A stretch of DNA of 64,000 nt from an uncultured Bacilli bacterium (GTDB lineage Bacteria; Bacillota_I; Bacilli_A; RF39; UBA660), in the NCBI GenBank assembly GCA_950097225.1, contig CATNCE010000001.1, forward strand, positions 48,451-112,450. Reading direction: 5' to 3'. Below the pieces are notes generated by a model. It did no database searches and had not been told where the DNA came from. It saw only the letters and a program-made list of their open reading frames with translations. Position numbers and translations under genes: made by a program. Below, piece by piece: positions 46,514 to 55,656 of the stretch. The number at the start of each line of letters is the position of its first letter. Within the stretch, counting starts at the first letter, position 1.

Positions 46514-48517
46514 ATGCAAAAGAATAAGATGAAGAAGAAACAAAGAGTAATAGCTATTATAGTAGTTCTAATACTACTAGTAGCTGTTACAGCTGTTGTA
46601 ATTTATATGTTGAAGAATAAAAACAGCAATGGAGGTTTCTTTGGGGAGCCAATAAATGAGAATTTTTCATTCTTAGTTTCGGAACCAAGTGAGGAACTTG
46701 TTGATTATAATATGATTGGTGCACAAGGAGAGATAACTAAGAATATATTAGATACTTATAAAAAGGGAAAATATACGGTTGATAATCCATATATTGTGGT
46801 TAATCCATACTTATATAGTCCACAGACAGCTTTAATGCTGTTTAAGACTGATAAAAAGGAAGCTGTTAAAATAACTATTAAGGGGAAACACAATGATGAT
46901 TTAGTAGTTAATTTTGAAGAGAGTAAGGATCATTATATCCCATTATATGGTTTATATGGCAAGAGTGAAAACGAAGTAACTATTGAAACTGCTAGTGGGA
47001 AAAAGAATACTGTTAAAATCAATGTTGAAGGTGGTACTTCACATGGTGAAATAGAAGTAATTACTAATAATGTTACAAATAGCAATGGAGAGTTTTTCTT
47101 TGGTACTACTGCTATAGGAACTGCTACTTTGGGTATTGATAATTATGGAGAAGTTAGATGGTTTTTAAGTGAGGACTTTTCTAAGGGAATGGTTATGTTA
47201 CAGAATGGACATCTTTTACTTGCTGATGTTACAGCTGGACCTAATGCTATTTCAACTGGTGGAGTTATAGAAGTAGATATGTTAGGTTTTATTCATCGTC
47301 AGTATGAAATAGAAGGTGGATATCACCATGATGCATATGAGATGGAAAATGGAAATCTTTTAATAACGAGCAATGATATAAATGCTGATTCCTTTTGTGA
47401 TGTTGTCTATGAGATTGATCGCAAGACAGGAAAAGTAGTAAAGACTTTTGATTTTACTAAAATTGTCAAGGAAGTTGATCCTAGTATCATCGAGTATGGA
47501 GAAATTACTTGGGGATTTATCAATAGTGTTTTTTATGATGAGGCACGCAAGGAAGTCGTTGTGTCTTTGCGCAATCGCAATTCGGTAATGGCTATTGATT
47601 ATGAAACTGAGAGCATTAAATGGATATTAGGAAATAGTAAATATTGGTCAAATAAGTTTAATCCGTATTTAATTAGGGGTGTGGGAGCTGATTTTATTTA
47701 TCCAGCTGGACAACACTCAGTGGAAATTGATAAGGATGGTAATCTGTCAATATTTAATAATGGTTATAATTCTTTTAGAGAGAAGACAGTTTCTTGTGCA
47801 TCGTTAAAAGGAAGCTCTTCTTATGGAATGATTTATAATCTTGATCGAGATAGAAAGACGGCAACTGTTACTTATAAGTTTGGTGGAAGTCAATATTTCT
47901 CTTATGCTTTGAGTAGTTTTAATTATACTAAAGATGGGCATAAGGTCTTTAATACAGGATGGCATTTTAGTGATCCAAGTATTTATGATGATACGAAGTG
48001 TACACAATTTACTAATGATAAGTATGATGCCTATATTGTTGAACTTGATGATAATGACAATGTCCTAGTTGAACTCAAGATTAATGAGTCTAAATTTGAA
48101 GTAATTAAGGCACCAATATATAATTTAGAAGCAGTTAGTGTTAAAAAGAATGTTAAAGAGGTAATTTCTAATTATGACTTTAGCAGTGATGCTTATTATG
48201 TTTCTAATATTGAATCACAACAATACGAAATTTTAAGTGAAAAAGATGCTTTAGCTTATAAAGAAAATACTGCTAATCCACTTGATTTCTTTATCTTGAA
48301 TAAGAGAATGACTTTCCAAGGTATGTTAATGAACTCTGCGACTTTGAAAGTTACATTAATTTCTCCTAAGGGAGTTGCATATCGTTATGTGGTTAAAGAG
48401 TCGGGAAGTGAAACATATAGAGTTATAGATCTATCGGCTTTACCAAAGGGAAGATATTATATTTATGTTAATTTAGATGATTCAATATATAATACTCAAC
48501 AGCATATTGAGTTATAG
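46514..48517 (+). CDS. Arylsulfotransferase (ASST)-family beta-propeller protein, membrane anchored
   Basis: NPYIVVNPYLYSPQTALMLFKT...ITIKGKH fits the ASST N-terminal domain. GGYHHDAYEMENGNLLI fits the HHD...NGN propeller motif. RBS GGAGG lies 11 nt after the upstream stop. Confidence 0.6.
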   Translation: MQKNKMKKKQRVIAIIVVLILLVAVTAVVIYMLKNKNSNGGFFGEPINENFSFLVSEPSEELVDYNMIGAQGEITKNILDTYKKGKYTVDNPYIVVNPYLYSPQTALMLFKTDKKEAVKITIKGKHNDDLVVNFEESKDHYIPLYGLYGKSENEVTIETASGKKNTVKINVEGGTSHGEIEVITNNVTNSNGEFFFGTTAIGTATLGIDNYGEVRWFLSEDFSKGMVMLQNGHLLLADVTAGPNAISTGGVIEVDMLGFIHRQYEIEGGYHHDAYEMENGNLLITSNDINADSFCDVVYEIDRKTGKVVKTFDFTKIVKEVDPSIIEYGEITWGFINSVFYDEARKEVVVSLRNRNSVMAIDYETESIKWILGNSKYWSNKFNPYLIRGVGADFIYPAGQHSVEIDKDGNLSIFNNGYNSFREKTVSCASLKGSSSYGMIYNLDRDRKTATVTYKFGGSQYFSYALSSFNYTKDGHKVFNTGWHFSDPSIYDDTKCTQFTNDKYDAYIVELDDNDNVLVELKINESKFEVIKAPIYNLEAVSVKKNVKEVISNYDFSSDAYYVSNIESQQYEILSEKDALAYKENTANPLDFFILNKRMTFQGMLMNSATLKVTLISPKGVAYRYVVKESGSETYRVIDLSALPKGRYYIYVNLDDSIYNTQQHIEL

Positions 48518-48522
48518 TTTAT

Positions 48523-48545
48523 AGAAGCTTTTGCTTCTTTTTTTG
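48523..48545 (+). terminator. Intrinsic terminator
   Basis: AGAAGC-TTTT-GCTTCT hairpin followed by T7. Confidence 0.8.
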
Positions 48546-48605
48546 TATGTAAAATTTTACAAAAAAATCAAAGAAATTACCTTGACAGAATAGTTTTGAC
48601 TTGCT

Positions 48606-48623
48606 AAAAAAAAAAAAAAAAAA
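48606..48623. repeat. Poly(A)18 homopolymer inside a promoter spacer
   Basis: Eighteen consecutive A between TTGCTA (48601-48606) and TGGTATATT (48624-48632). Confidence 0.95.
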
Positions 48624-48718
48624 TGGTATATTATTAATAGGGTAGTCCGCCTTGGAAGTAGTATATGAATAAGAAAAAAATAATTATGATAGCAATGCTT
48701 TGTTTTTTTGGAGGCTAG

Positions 48719-49831
48719 ATGATTGGTGTAGGAGCTGGGACTTTGTGTAATGCCAAAGATATCCTTTATAATGCTGGAAATGATGTTAATATTGATACTG
48801 TTGAGGATGCGTTAAATGATTTATATTATAGAGTAAATTCATTTAGTTTGTATGATCATGTTAAGAGCAAAGTTAAAGGAGATACATCTCTAATTGATTT
48901 TAATACTCCAGCTGATATTGCCGAAACAGGGGTGTATAAAACTATTGGTGAAGGAAATAAGGAAGTATATTTCTATCGTGGAAATGTTATAGATAATAAT
49001 GTTATATTTGCAGGCTTTTGTTGGAGTATAGTTAGAACAACAGAAAACGAGGGAGTTAAATTAATTTATAATGGTGTTAATGTTGATGGTAAGTGTGAGA
49101 GGACGAAGGGAGCTTCGATAGGAAAATCTGCATGGAATGTCGAAACAGGGGATAATGCCTATGTTGGATATATGTATGGTACACCTGAAAGTGATAATTA
49201 CAATGATACTCATGCTAATATAAATGATTCAGTGATAAAAAAGTATCTTGATAAATGGTACGAGAATAATGTTGCTGAAACCAGATATGAAGATTATTTG
49301 GATGATGTTATTTGGTGTAATGACCGCAGTATGAAAATTGGTGGAGATAATAATATCAAGGATAGTACTTATGGTATTTTAGGGTATGGGAAAAACAAAA
49401 CAGGATACGGAGTGTTGGCAAGGGGAAGTTTATATACTAAAAATGTTAGTCCAAGTTTAGTATGTCCTCAAGATGATGATAAATTTACTGTTGATAAAAA
49501 CAATGGAAATGGGAAATTAAAATATCCGCTTGGACTACTTACCTTAGATGAGGCTGCTTATGCTGGATTTACAAGTCATACTATGCCGGATGGAACAAGC
49601 AAAAAACCTTATTGTACGCATGATAATTATCTTTTTATGAAGGAATATTTTTGGGTTCTTACGCCTGTTTTTAATGATTTAGATCGTATTGAACAAGGAT
49701 TCGTCTTTTGCGATTTGAGTAACGCTTACGTTACTTATGAGTTAGATGTAAGGCCTTCTATAGCACTTCGGGCAGGGATCAGGGTGACTGCTGGAGATGG
49801 CACTGCCGCGAATCCGTTTATTATTGAATAA
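48719..49831 (+). CDS. Hypothetical secreted-type protein whose signal peptide is cut off by an in-frame TAG
   Basis: ORF with GGAGG 5 nt upstream. The same frame from the ATG at 48665 encodes MNKKKIIMIAMLCFFGG, then TAG (48716-48718). The C-terminus YFWVLTPV...VRPSIALRAGIRVTAGDGTAANPFII resembles the C-terminus of the pilin-like protein. Confidence 0.65.
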   Translation: MIGVGAGTLCNAKDILYNAGNDVNIDTVEDALNDLYYRVNSFSLYDHVKSKVKGDTSLIDFNTPADIAETGVYKTIGEGNKEVYFYRGNVIDNNVIFAGFCWSIVRTTENEGVKLIYNGVNVDGKCERTKGASIGKSAWNVETGDNAYVGYMYGTPESDNYNDTHANINDSVIKKYLDKWYENNVAETRYEDYLDDVIWCNDRSMKIGGDNNIKDSTYGILGYGKNKTGYGVLARGSLYTKNVSPSLVCPQDDDKFTVDKNNGNGKLKYPLGLLTLDEAAYAGFTSHTMPDGTSKKPYCTHDNYLFMKEYFWVLTPVFNDLDRIEQGFVFCDLSNAYVTYELDVRPSIALRAGIRVTAGDGTAANPFIIE

Positions 49832-49840
49832 CATAAAAAA

Positions 49841-49870
49841 AGCTCAACAAATTGTTGAGTTATTTTTTTA
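49841..49870. terminator. Bidirectional intrinsic terminator
   Basis: CTCAAC / GTTGAG stem flanked by A7 upstream and a T run downstream. It lies between a plus-strand CDS and the minus-strand tRNA-Ser. Confidence 0.65.
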
Positions 49871-49871
49871 A

Positions 49872-49962
49872 TGGCGGAGTAGGAGGGATTTGAACCCTCG
49901 CGCCAGTTGCCCGACCTACACCCTTAGCAGGGGCGCCTCTTCAGCCTCTTGAGTACTACTCC
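49872..49962 (-). tRNA. tRNA-Ser (anticodon GCU), long variable arm
   Basis: Reverse complement: GGAGTAGTACTCAAGAGGCTGAAGAGGCGCCCCTGCTAAGGGTGTAGGTCGGGCAACTGGCGCGAGGGTTCAAATCCCTCCTACTCCGCCA. Confidence 0.9.
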
Positions 49963-50016
49963 AAGCCCGATAAATAAATTATACTTAAATAAGAGAAAAG
50001 TGTCAATAAGAAAAGG

Positions 50017-50949
50017 TTAGTTTTCTTCATTTTCTAACCTTTTGACATCTTTAAAATAATTCTTTATTATTGAGAAGCGATCTTCTTCTGACATTTGTGA
50101 ACCCGATGCTTTTTGATGACCTCCTCCAGAAAATAATGCCGCGAATTCATTACAAGCCACATCATCGTGAGTAGTACGATAACTGACTTTTTCACATGCA
50201 CTTATAATGATGATTAAATCGAGATCGGGGTTGTTTGCTGATAAGTAATTTCCAAGTTCACTGCGATGCATTTCGGCAAACACGATACCAACTTTATGAT
50301 TGGCGATAACGTATTTTTCCATTTTCGTCTCTTTATTTTGTAAGTAGCGTGTTAGTTCTTCTTCTTTAATTTTGCAGTAACGTTTTTCGAAGGCCGTTAA
50401 CTCAAATTTTTCTTTATCTTTTTTTAGACGCTTGGTAATTGATTTGATATAATCTTTTTTTCCGTATAAAAAGGGAAGTGAACCAATTCTTTGGGCGTAT
50501 TCTTTATCAATAAAATCCCAAGTATCACATTCTCTTACGATTTCGACGTAGTGGCGAATCAATGGGGTGTTTAGACTTGGATAAAGCTTAATTAAGTAGT
50601 TATAAAATAACTCTGTTCCACAAGTAAGGCGATTGTTTAATTTAACTTCTATTGTCGTATAAGGATAGATAGAAGCATATAAGTGGGTTTCATGGTGATC
50701 AAATACACGAATCTTGTCCGTTATACCCTCAATACCATTTATAGCATTATATATTTCGTTTGGTAGTGTTAAATCAGTTATATAAATATTTTCATAAGTG
50801 TTTAAATCATTTGCAATTAATTCTGTAATTGTATTTTCTACTTCCCATATTTCAATTGATTTGTATTCAAATTCACGACCAGTTAAGTTCATTAAGATGA
50901 TGGGAGAAATTCCATCTAAATCAGTGTGGGTTATTAGTAAATCTTTCAT
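50017..50949 (-). CDS. DHH-family phosphoesterase
   Basis: THTDLDG, VFDHHETH and GGGHQKASG are DHH/DHHA1 motifs. I prefer the ATG at 50949 (GAGGT upstream) over 50967. Confidence 0.65.
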   Translation of the reverse strand: MKDLLITHTDLDGISPIILMNLTGREFEYKSIEIWEVENTITELIANDLNTYENIYITDLTLPNEIYNAINGIEGITDKIRVFDHHETHLYASIYPYTTIEVKLNNRLTCGTELFYNYLIKLYPSLNTPLIRHYVEIVRECDTWDFIDKEYAQRIGSLPFLYGKKDYIKSITKRLKKDKEKFELTAFEKRYCKIKEEELTRYLQNKETKMEKYVIANHKVGIVFAEMHRSELGNYLSANNPDLDLIIIISACEKVSYRTTHDDVACNEFAALFSGGGHQKASGSQMSEEDRFSIIKNYFKDVKRLENEEN

Positions 50950-50950
50950 A

Positions 50951-51811
50951 TTATGTGTATACCTCATTTTTTAGCATTTCGATTAGAACATCCATCATTT
51001 GCTCATAGTTGTAACCATCTTTTTCTTCTTCATCAGTTAAATTGATCATCGAAGGAACATAGACAATAGTTGCGCCTAGGGCTTCTAATTTTTTTGTGTT
51101 TTCGTTTAATTCATCAGTGTTTAGAACGAAGATGAAGGTATTTGTTTTAGCCTCAATACGACTCTTAGCTTCGTTGTATTCGGCTGCGCTGTAAAAATCA
51201 TTTTCTTCAAGAGAAAGAACGGTAAAGCCATATTTTTCTAAGAATTTGAAAACGTCATTTCCGGCAATAATTGTTTTGTTGCTAGTGCTTTCAGCAATTA
51301 CTTTTAATTCAGCATCGAAAGTAGATATTATTAATTTTAGTTTATCGTAATTGTCGATAATTTCTTGTTTGACAATCGTTGATGATGTGTATTCGACTAA
51401 ACTATTTTTTATGTTTTGAGCGAGCATTAAGTAATTAGATGGACATAACCATAATTCTTCTTCGTCGCGTTTAATAGCTATGCCTTTAGCAACATCGATT
51501 ACTTTTAAATGTTTGTTGCGCTTTAAGAAAGAAGCAGCAATAGTTTTTTCCTTCGTTAAGCCATTATATACAAGCATATCTGTTTGCGCATATTCTTTGA
51601 TTTTTTTGTCTGTTAAAGTGTATTCGCGAGGATTAACTGAGTTAGGATAAATTGAGTTGACTTCTGAGTTATAACCATATATATAATCAGTTAAGTATTC
51701 AATTGGATAGGTTGTCGTGTATATTTTTATGTCGTCCATTGAATCACGTTTAAAGCATCCGCTTAGTAAAATTGGCATCATTAATAGCATAATTAATTTG
51801 ATTTTTTTCAT
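50951..51811 (-). CDS. ZnuA/TroA-like substrate-binding lipoprotein
   Basis: Lipobox LLSGC. IYTTTYPIEYLTDYIYG...MLVYNG follows the cluster-9 SBP pattern. No permease or ATPase gene is adjacent. Confidence 0.55.
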   Translation of the reverse strand: MKKIKLIMLLMMPILLSGCFKRDSMDDIKIYTTTYPIEYLTDYIYGYNSEVNSIYPNSVNPREYTLTDKKIKEYAQTDMLVYNGLTKEKTIAASFLKRNKHLKVIDVAKGIAIKRDEEELWLCPSNYLMLAQNIKNSLVEYTSSTIVKQEIIDNYDKLKLIISTFDAELKVIAESTSNKTIIAGNDVFKFLEKYGFTVLSLEENDFYSAAEYNEAKSRIEAKTNTFIFVLNTDELNENTKKLEALGATIVYVPSMINLTDEEEKDGYNYEQMMDVLIEMLKNEVYT

Positions 51812-51919
51812 AATAATTTCTCCTTTTTAATCTATTTTAAATATATCAAAATAAGATGTTTTTGTAAATTATAACTAGATTATAAGCTAATATTTATGTA
51901 TAATGATAGTGGTGATAAT

Positions 51920-52561
51920 ATGAACTTTTTATCAGATTTAGGAATTGTTATTAAAAATAAGGAATTACTCTTAACAGCACTTACGCATTCTTCTTATGCT
52001 AATGAAGAAAATGTTGAAAGTTATGAGCGTTTAGAGTTTTTGGGGGATGCAGTTTTAGAACTTGCAACTAGTGAATATTTTTATTTGCGCTCTTCTTTAA
52101 AAGAGGGCGATATGTCTAAAGTACGTGCTAGTTATGTTTGTGAAACGGCCTTAGCTGAGTATAGCAATAAAATTGGTTTGACTCCTAATATTCGTACAGG
52201 TAATGGAGTTAATAAAGAAACTCCATCGATTGTTGCCGATTGTTTTGAAAGCGTTTTAGCAGTTATCTTTTTGGAACATGGTTTTTCGGTTGCTAAAAAG
52301 TATGCTTTGAATATTATTACGCCTTATGTAGAAAAGGGAGTTACTTTTATTCATGATCATAAATCTTATTTACAAGAGATGGTACAGATGGAGAAGAAGA
52401 GTTTAGAGTATATTGTCGTTAAAGAGGAAGGACCTGCTCATGATAAGACGTTTGTAGTAGAAGTAATTGTCGATGGTATTAAATTTGGACGTGGGGTTGG
52501 TAAGTCAAAAAAAGAGGCTGAACAAAATGCGGCTAGAGATGCGATAAGTAAAGTGGCTTAG
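51920..52561 (+). CDS. rnc: Ribonuclease III
   Basis: ERLEFLGDAVLE signature and a C-terminal dsRBD (GPAHDKTF...GKSKKEAEQNAA). Confidence 0.95.
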   Translation: MNFLSDLGIVIKNKELLLTALTHSSYANEENVESYERLEFLGDAVLELATSEYFYLRSSLKEGDMSKVRASYVCETALAEYSNKIGLTPNIRTGNGVNKETPSIVADCFESVLAVIFLEHGFSVAKKYALNIITPYVEKGVTFIHDHKSYLQEMVQMEKKSLEYIVVKEEGPAHDKTFVVEVIVDGIKFGRGVGKSKKEAEQNAARDAISKVA

Positions 52562-52569
52562 GTGATAAT

Positions 52570-55512
52570 ATGAAGTTGATGAGTATAAAGGCACATGGCT
52601 TTAAGTCATTTGCTGATAAAATTGAGATTAATGTTGGCGATGGAATAACTGGTATTGTTGGACCTAATGGTTCTGGGAAAAGTAATGTTGTTGATGCTGT
52701 TAAATGGGTGCTTGGAGAGAGTAGTTTAAAAGAGATTCGTGGAGGAGAGCAATCAAGCGATATTATATTTATGGGCTCAAATTCGCGCAGTGGATCAAGT
52801 CGTGCTTGGGTTTCTTTGACTTTTGATAATCATGATCATTATTTGGCAACCGAGTTTGAAGAAGTCGAAATAAAAAGAGAAGTATATAAAACAGGGGAAA
52901 ATGAATATTACATAAATAATACCAAGGTTCGTAAGAAAGATATAACGGATTTGTTTTTGGATAGTGGAGCTAATGCGGATTCTTTTTCTATTATTTCGCA
53001 AGGTAAAATTATGGAAATCTTAAAGGGAAAAGCAAGTGATAGAAGAGTTATTATCGAAGAGGCATCAGGAGTCTTGAAGTATAAAAAGCGCAAGGACGAA
53101 ACAATGCGTAAACTGGCTAATACTAATGATAATTTAGAAAAAGTAAATTTAGTTATTGATGAATTAGAGGTTAATGTTGAACCCTTACGTAAACAAGCCT
53201 GTGATGCTAGTAAGTATTTAGAATTAAAAAGTGAACTTGAAAGCATTGATATTGCTTTAATGGCTAGTGATATTAAAAATATTCATGCTGAATATAAAAT
53301 ATGTGAAGAGGATTTGAAACGTTTACAAGAAGAAGTTTTGAATATGGATAATGCTAATTCGGTTGATAATACTAAGTTATCTGGCTTAAAGCACATGGGA
53401 GATAAGCTCGAGGAAGAGATAAGTTCTTTGAGTGATGAAGTGATTAAAATTAGTGAAACTGTTAGTGCTTTGGAGATGCGAAAACAGGTTATTAAAGAGC
53501 GTAAGAAGTATGAAGTTGATGATCAGAAATTAGAGAATAATATTTTAGCTCTTAAGGAAAAAGAACTTGCTTTTCGGAAGAGTATAAGTTTTTTGGAAAA
53601 CGAAATTAAAGTTTTAGAAGAAGATAAGAATAGTAAAGATAAAGTTCTTAGTGATGCACAAGCTGAGTATCGGAATTTAGGGGTGCGCAAGCAGACTTTA
53701 AATGATGAACTTGCCAATAAGTCAAGAGAACTTTTGAATGTTAAAAATAAGATTGAGGTATTAAAGGATAATATTGAAAATGATACTAAACTTCCATATG
53801 CTGTTAAAAGTGTTTTAAATAATCCACGTTTAAAGGGGATACATGATGTTTTAGTTAAGTTGATTGATGTATCAGAAAAACACGTTATGGCGATAGAAAT
53901 AGCACTTGGAGCTAATAGTAATGTTGTCGTTGTTGATAATGAAGAGGCAGGGAAAAGCGCTATTAACTATCTAAAGGATAATAAGTTAGGAAGAGCTACT
54001 TTTTTTCCAATAAGTATTATTAAAGGAAGAATGATTTATCCTGATGATTTAAAATTGGCAAAAGAGGTTCCAGGTTTTGTGGGGGTGGCTGCGGAATTAG
54101 TTAAATATGATCCACTATACAAGGGGATTGTTGAGAATCAACTCGGGAATACTTTAGTTGTCGATAATATTGATTCGATGAATGCTCTTGGTAAGAAAAT
54201 CAATTATAAGTATCGCGTTGTAACATTAGATGGAGAAATTTTGCATACTGGTGGAGCAATGAGTGGTGGTATTAACAAGGCTTCTAATGGAGTTATAAAT
54301 GCTAAGTTTGAATTGGATAAAAATATTAATTTGCAAAATGTCTTAGTAAATGAGGTTAAACTTATTGAAGAACATCTTAATAGCTTAGATGATGATTTAA
54401 AGATATTAGAAGAAAAAATATTTGCGAGCCAAGCGAATGTTGTAAGCGTTGGGGAGCAAGTTAATCGTAAGAAAATGGAAATGCAAAGTGCAAGTAAAGA
54501 CTTGGATGATTGTATTTTAGAAATTCAGGGAACAAGTAATGTTTTAAATAATGAGACTGATAAAGAATTAGATCAGGTATTAAAAGAATATTTGGCTAAT
54601 ACGACGAAGAAGGATGAATTAGTAATTAAATTAAACGCTAAAAAGATGGAAAGAAATGATGTTATGGCTAATATCAATGAACTCGAGTCGATTAGTCGTA
54701 AAAATAATGCTGAATATAATAGGAAACAGGCTTCTATTCATGATTTAGAAGTTAATATTGGTAAGATGGATGTTAAACTTGATAATATGCTTAATAGGCT
54801 TAGTGAAGAATACCAAATTACTTATGAAAGAGCAATGAGTGAATATAGTTTAGATATGGATGAGGCTGTTGCTCGTAGTAAGGTTAATCAAATTCGCAGA
54901 GATATTAAAGATTTGGGTGATGTTAACGTTGGGGCTATTGGAGAGTATGAACGAGTTAATACGCGTTATACTTTCTTGGTTGATCAACGAACAGATTTGG
55001 AGAGAGCTATTGCCGATATTGTCGAGATTATTGCCGATTTGGATGAGACAATGAAGGCACGTTTTTCAGAGACTTATGCGAAAGTTAATGAGGAATTTGG
55101 GAAAGTATTTAAAAAGTTATTCAAGGGTGGACATGCTGAACTTATTTTAACAGATCCAGAAGATATGCTTACAACCGGTATAGATATATCAGCAGAACCG
55201 CCAGGAAAAAACTTGAAGAGTATTAATACATTATCAGGTGGAGAGATGACACTTACAGCTATTGCTTTGCTTTTTAGTATTTTAAATATTAGGACTGTTC
55301 CATTTTGTATCTTGGATGAGGTCGAGGCCGCACTTGATGAGGCAAATGTTGATCAGTTTGGAACTTATATTAAAGAGTATGAAAATAATAGTCAATTTAT
55401 AGTTATAACGCATAAGAAGAGAACAATGGAGTATGCTAATACCCTTTATGGGATTACGATGCAAGAATCTGGGGTTTCAAAACTTGTTAGTGTTAAGTTA
55501 GAAAATTTATAA
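52570..55512 (+). CDS. smc: Chromosome segregation protein SMC
   Basis: Walker A GPNGSGKSN, long coiled coils, a hinge, and C-terminal LSGGE and ILDEVEAALD. Confidence 0.95.
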   Translation: MKLMSIKAHGFKSFADKIEINVGDGITGIVGPNGSGKSNVVDAVKWVLGESSLKEIRGGEQSSDIIFMGSNSRSGSSRAWVSLTFDNHDHYLATEFEEVEIKREVYKTGENEYYINNTKVRKKDITDLFLDSGANADSFSIISQGKIMEILKGKASDRRVIIEEASGVLKYKKRKDETMRKLANTNDNLEKVNLVIDELEVNVEPLRKQACDASKYLELKSELESIDIALMASDIKNIHAEYKICEEDLKRLQEEVLNMDNANSVDNTKLSGLKHMGDKLEEEISSLSDEVIKISETVSALEMRKQVIKERKKYEVDDQKLENNILALKEKELAFRKSISFLENEIKVLEEDKNSKDKVLSDAQAEYRNLGVRKQTLNDELANKSRELLNVKNKIEVLKDNIENDTKLPYAVKSVLNNPRLKGIHDVLVKLIDVSEKHVMAIEIALGANSNVVVVDNEEAGKSAINYLKDNKLGRATFFPISIIKGRMIYPDDLKLAKEVPGFVGVAAELVKYDPLYKGIVENQLGNTLVVDNIDSMNALGKKINYKYRVVTLDGEILHTGGAMSGGINKASNGVINAKFELDKNINLQNVLVNEVKLIEEHLNSLDDDLKILEEKIFASQANVVSVGEQVNRKKMEMQSASKDLDDCILEIQGTSNVLNNETDKELDQVLKEYLANTTKKDELVIKLNAKKMERNDVMANINELESISRKNNAEYNRKQASIHDLEVNIGKMDVKLDNMLNRLSEEYQITYERAMSEYSLDMDEAVARSKVNQIRRDIKDLGDVNVGAIGEYERVNTRYTFLVDQRTDLERAIADIVEIIADLDETMKARFSETYAKVNEEFGKVFKKLFKGGHAELILTDPEDMLTTGIDISAEPPGKNLKSINTLSGGEMTLTAIALLFSILNIRTVPFCILDEVEAALDEANVDQFGTYIKEYENNSQFIVITHKKRTMEYANTLYGITMQESGVSKLVSVKLENL

Positions 55513-55656
55513 GAATGTAAAAAACTATATACAAATTGCTAAATATTTGTTAGAATATTTGTATATAGTAGGTATATGTTCTTTAACTTGACCAATAATA
55601 CGATATTTGATATAGTATTATCGGTTGAAAAGAATGTGTGTGGAGGGAAAGTAAAA

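Noticed and set aside
52795-55464. Several short ORFs inside smc: 52795..53001, 52908..53246, 53523..53717 and 55282..55464 on the minus strand, and 54860..55054 on the plus strand in another frame.
   Set aside because: All are embedded in the well-supported smc reading frame. They are typical shadow ORFs of a Lys/Glu-rich coiled-coil gene.
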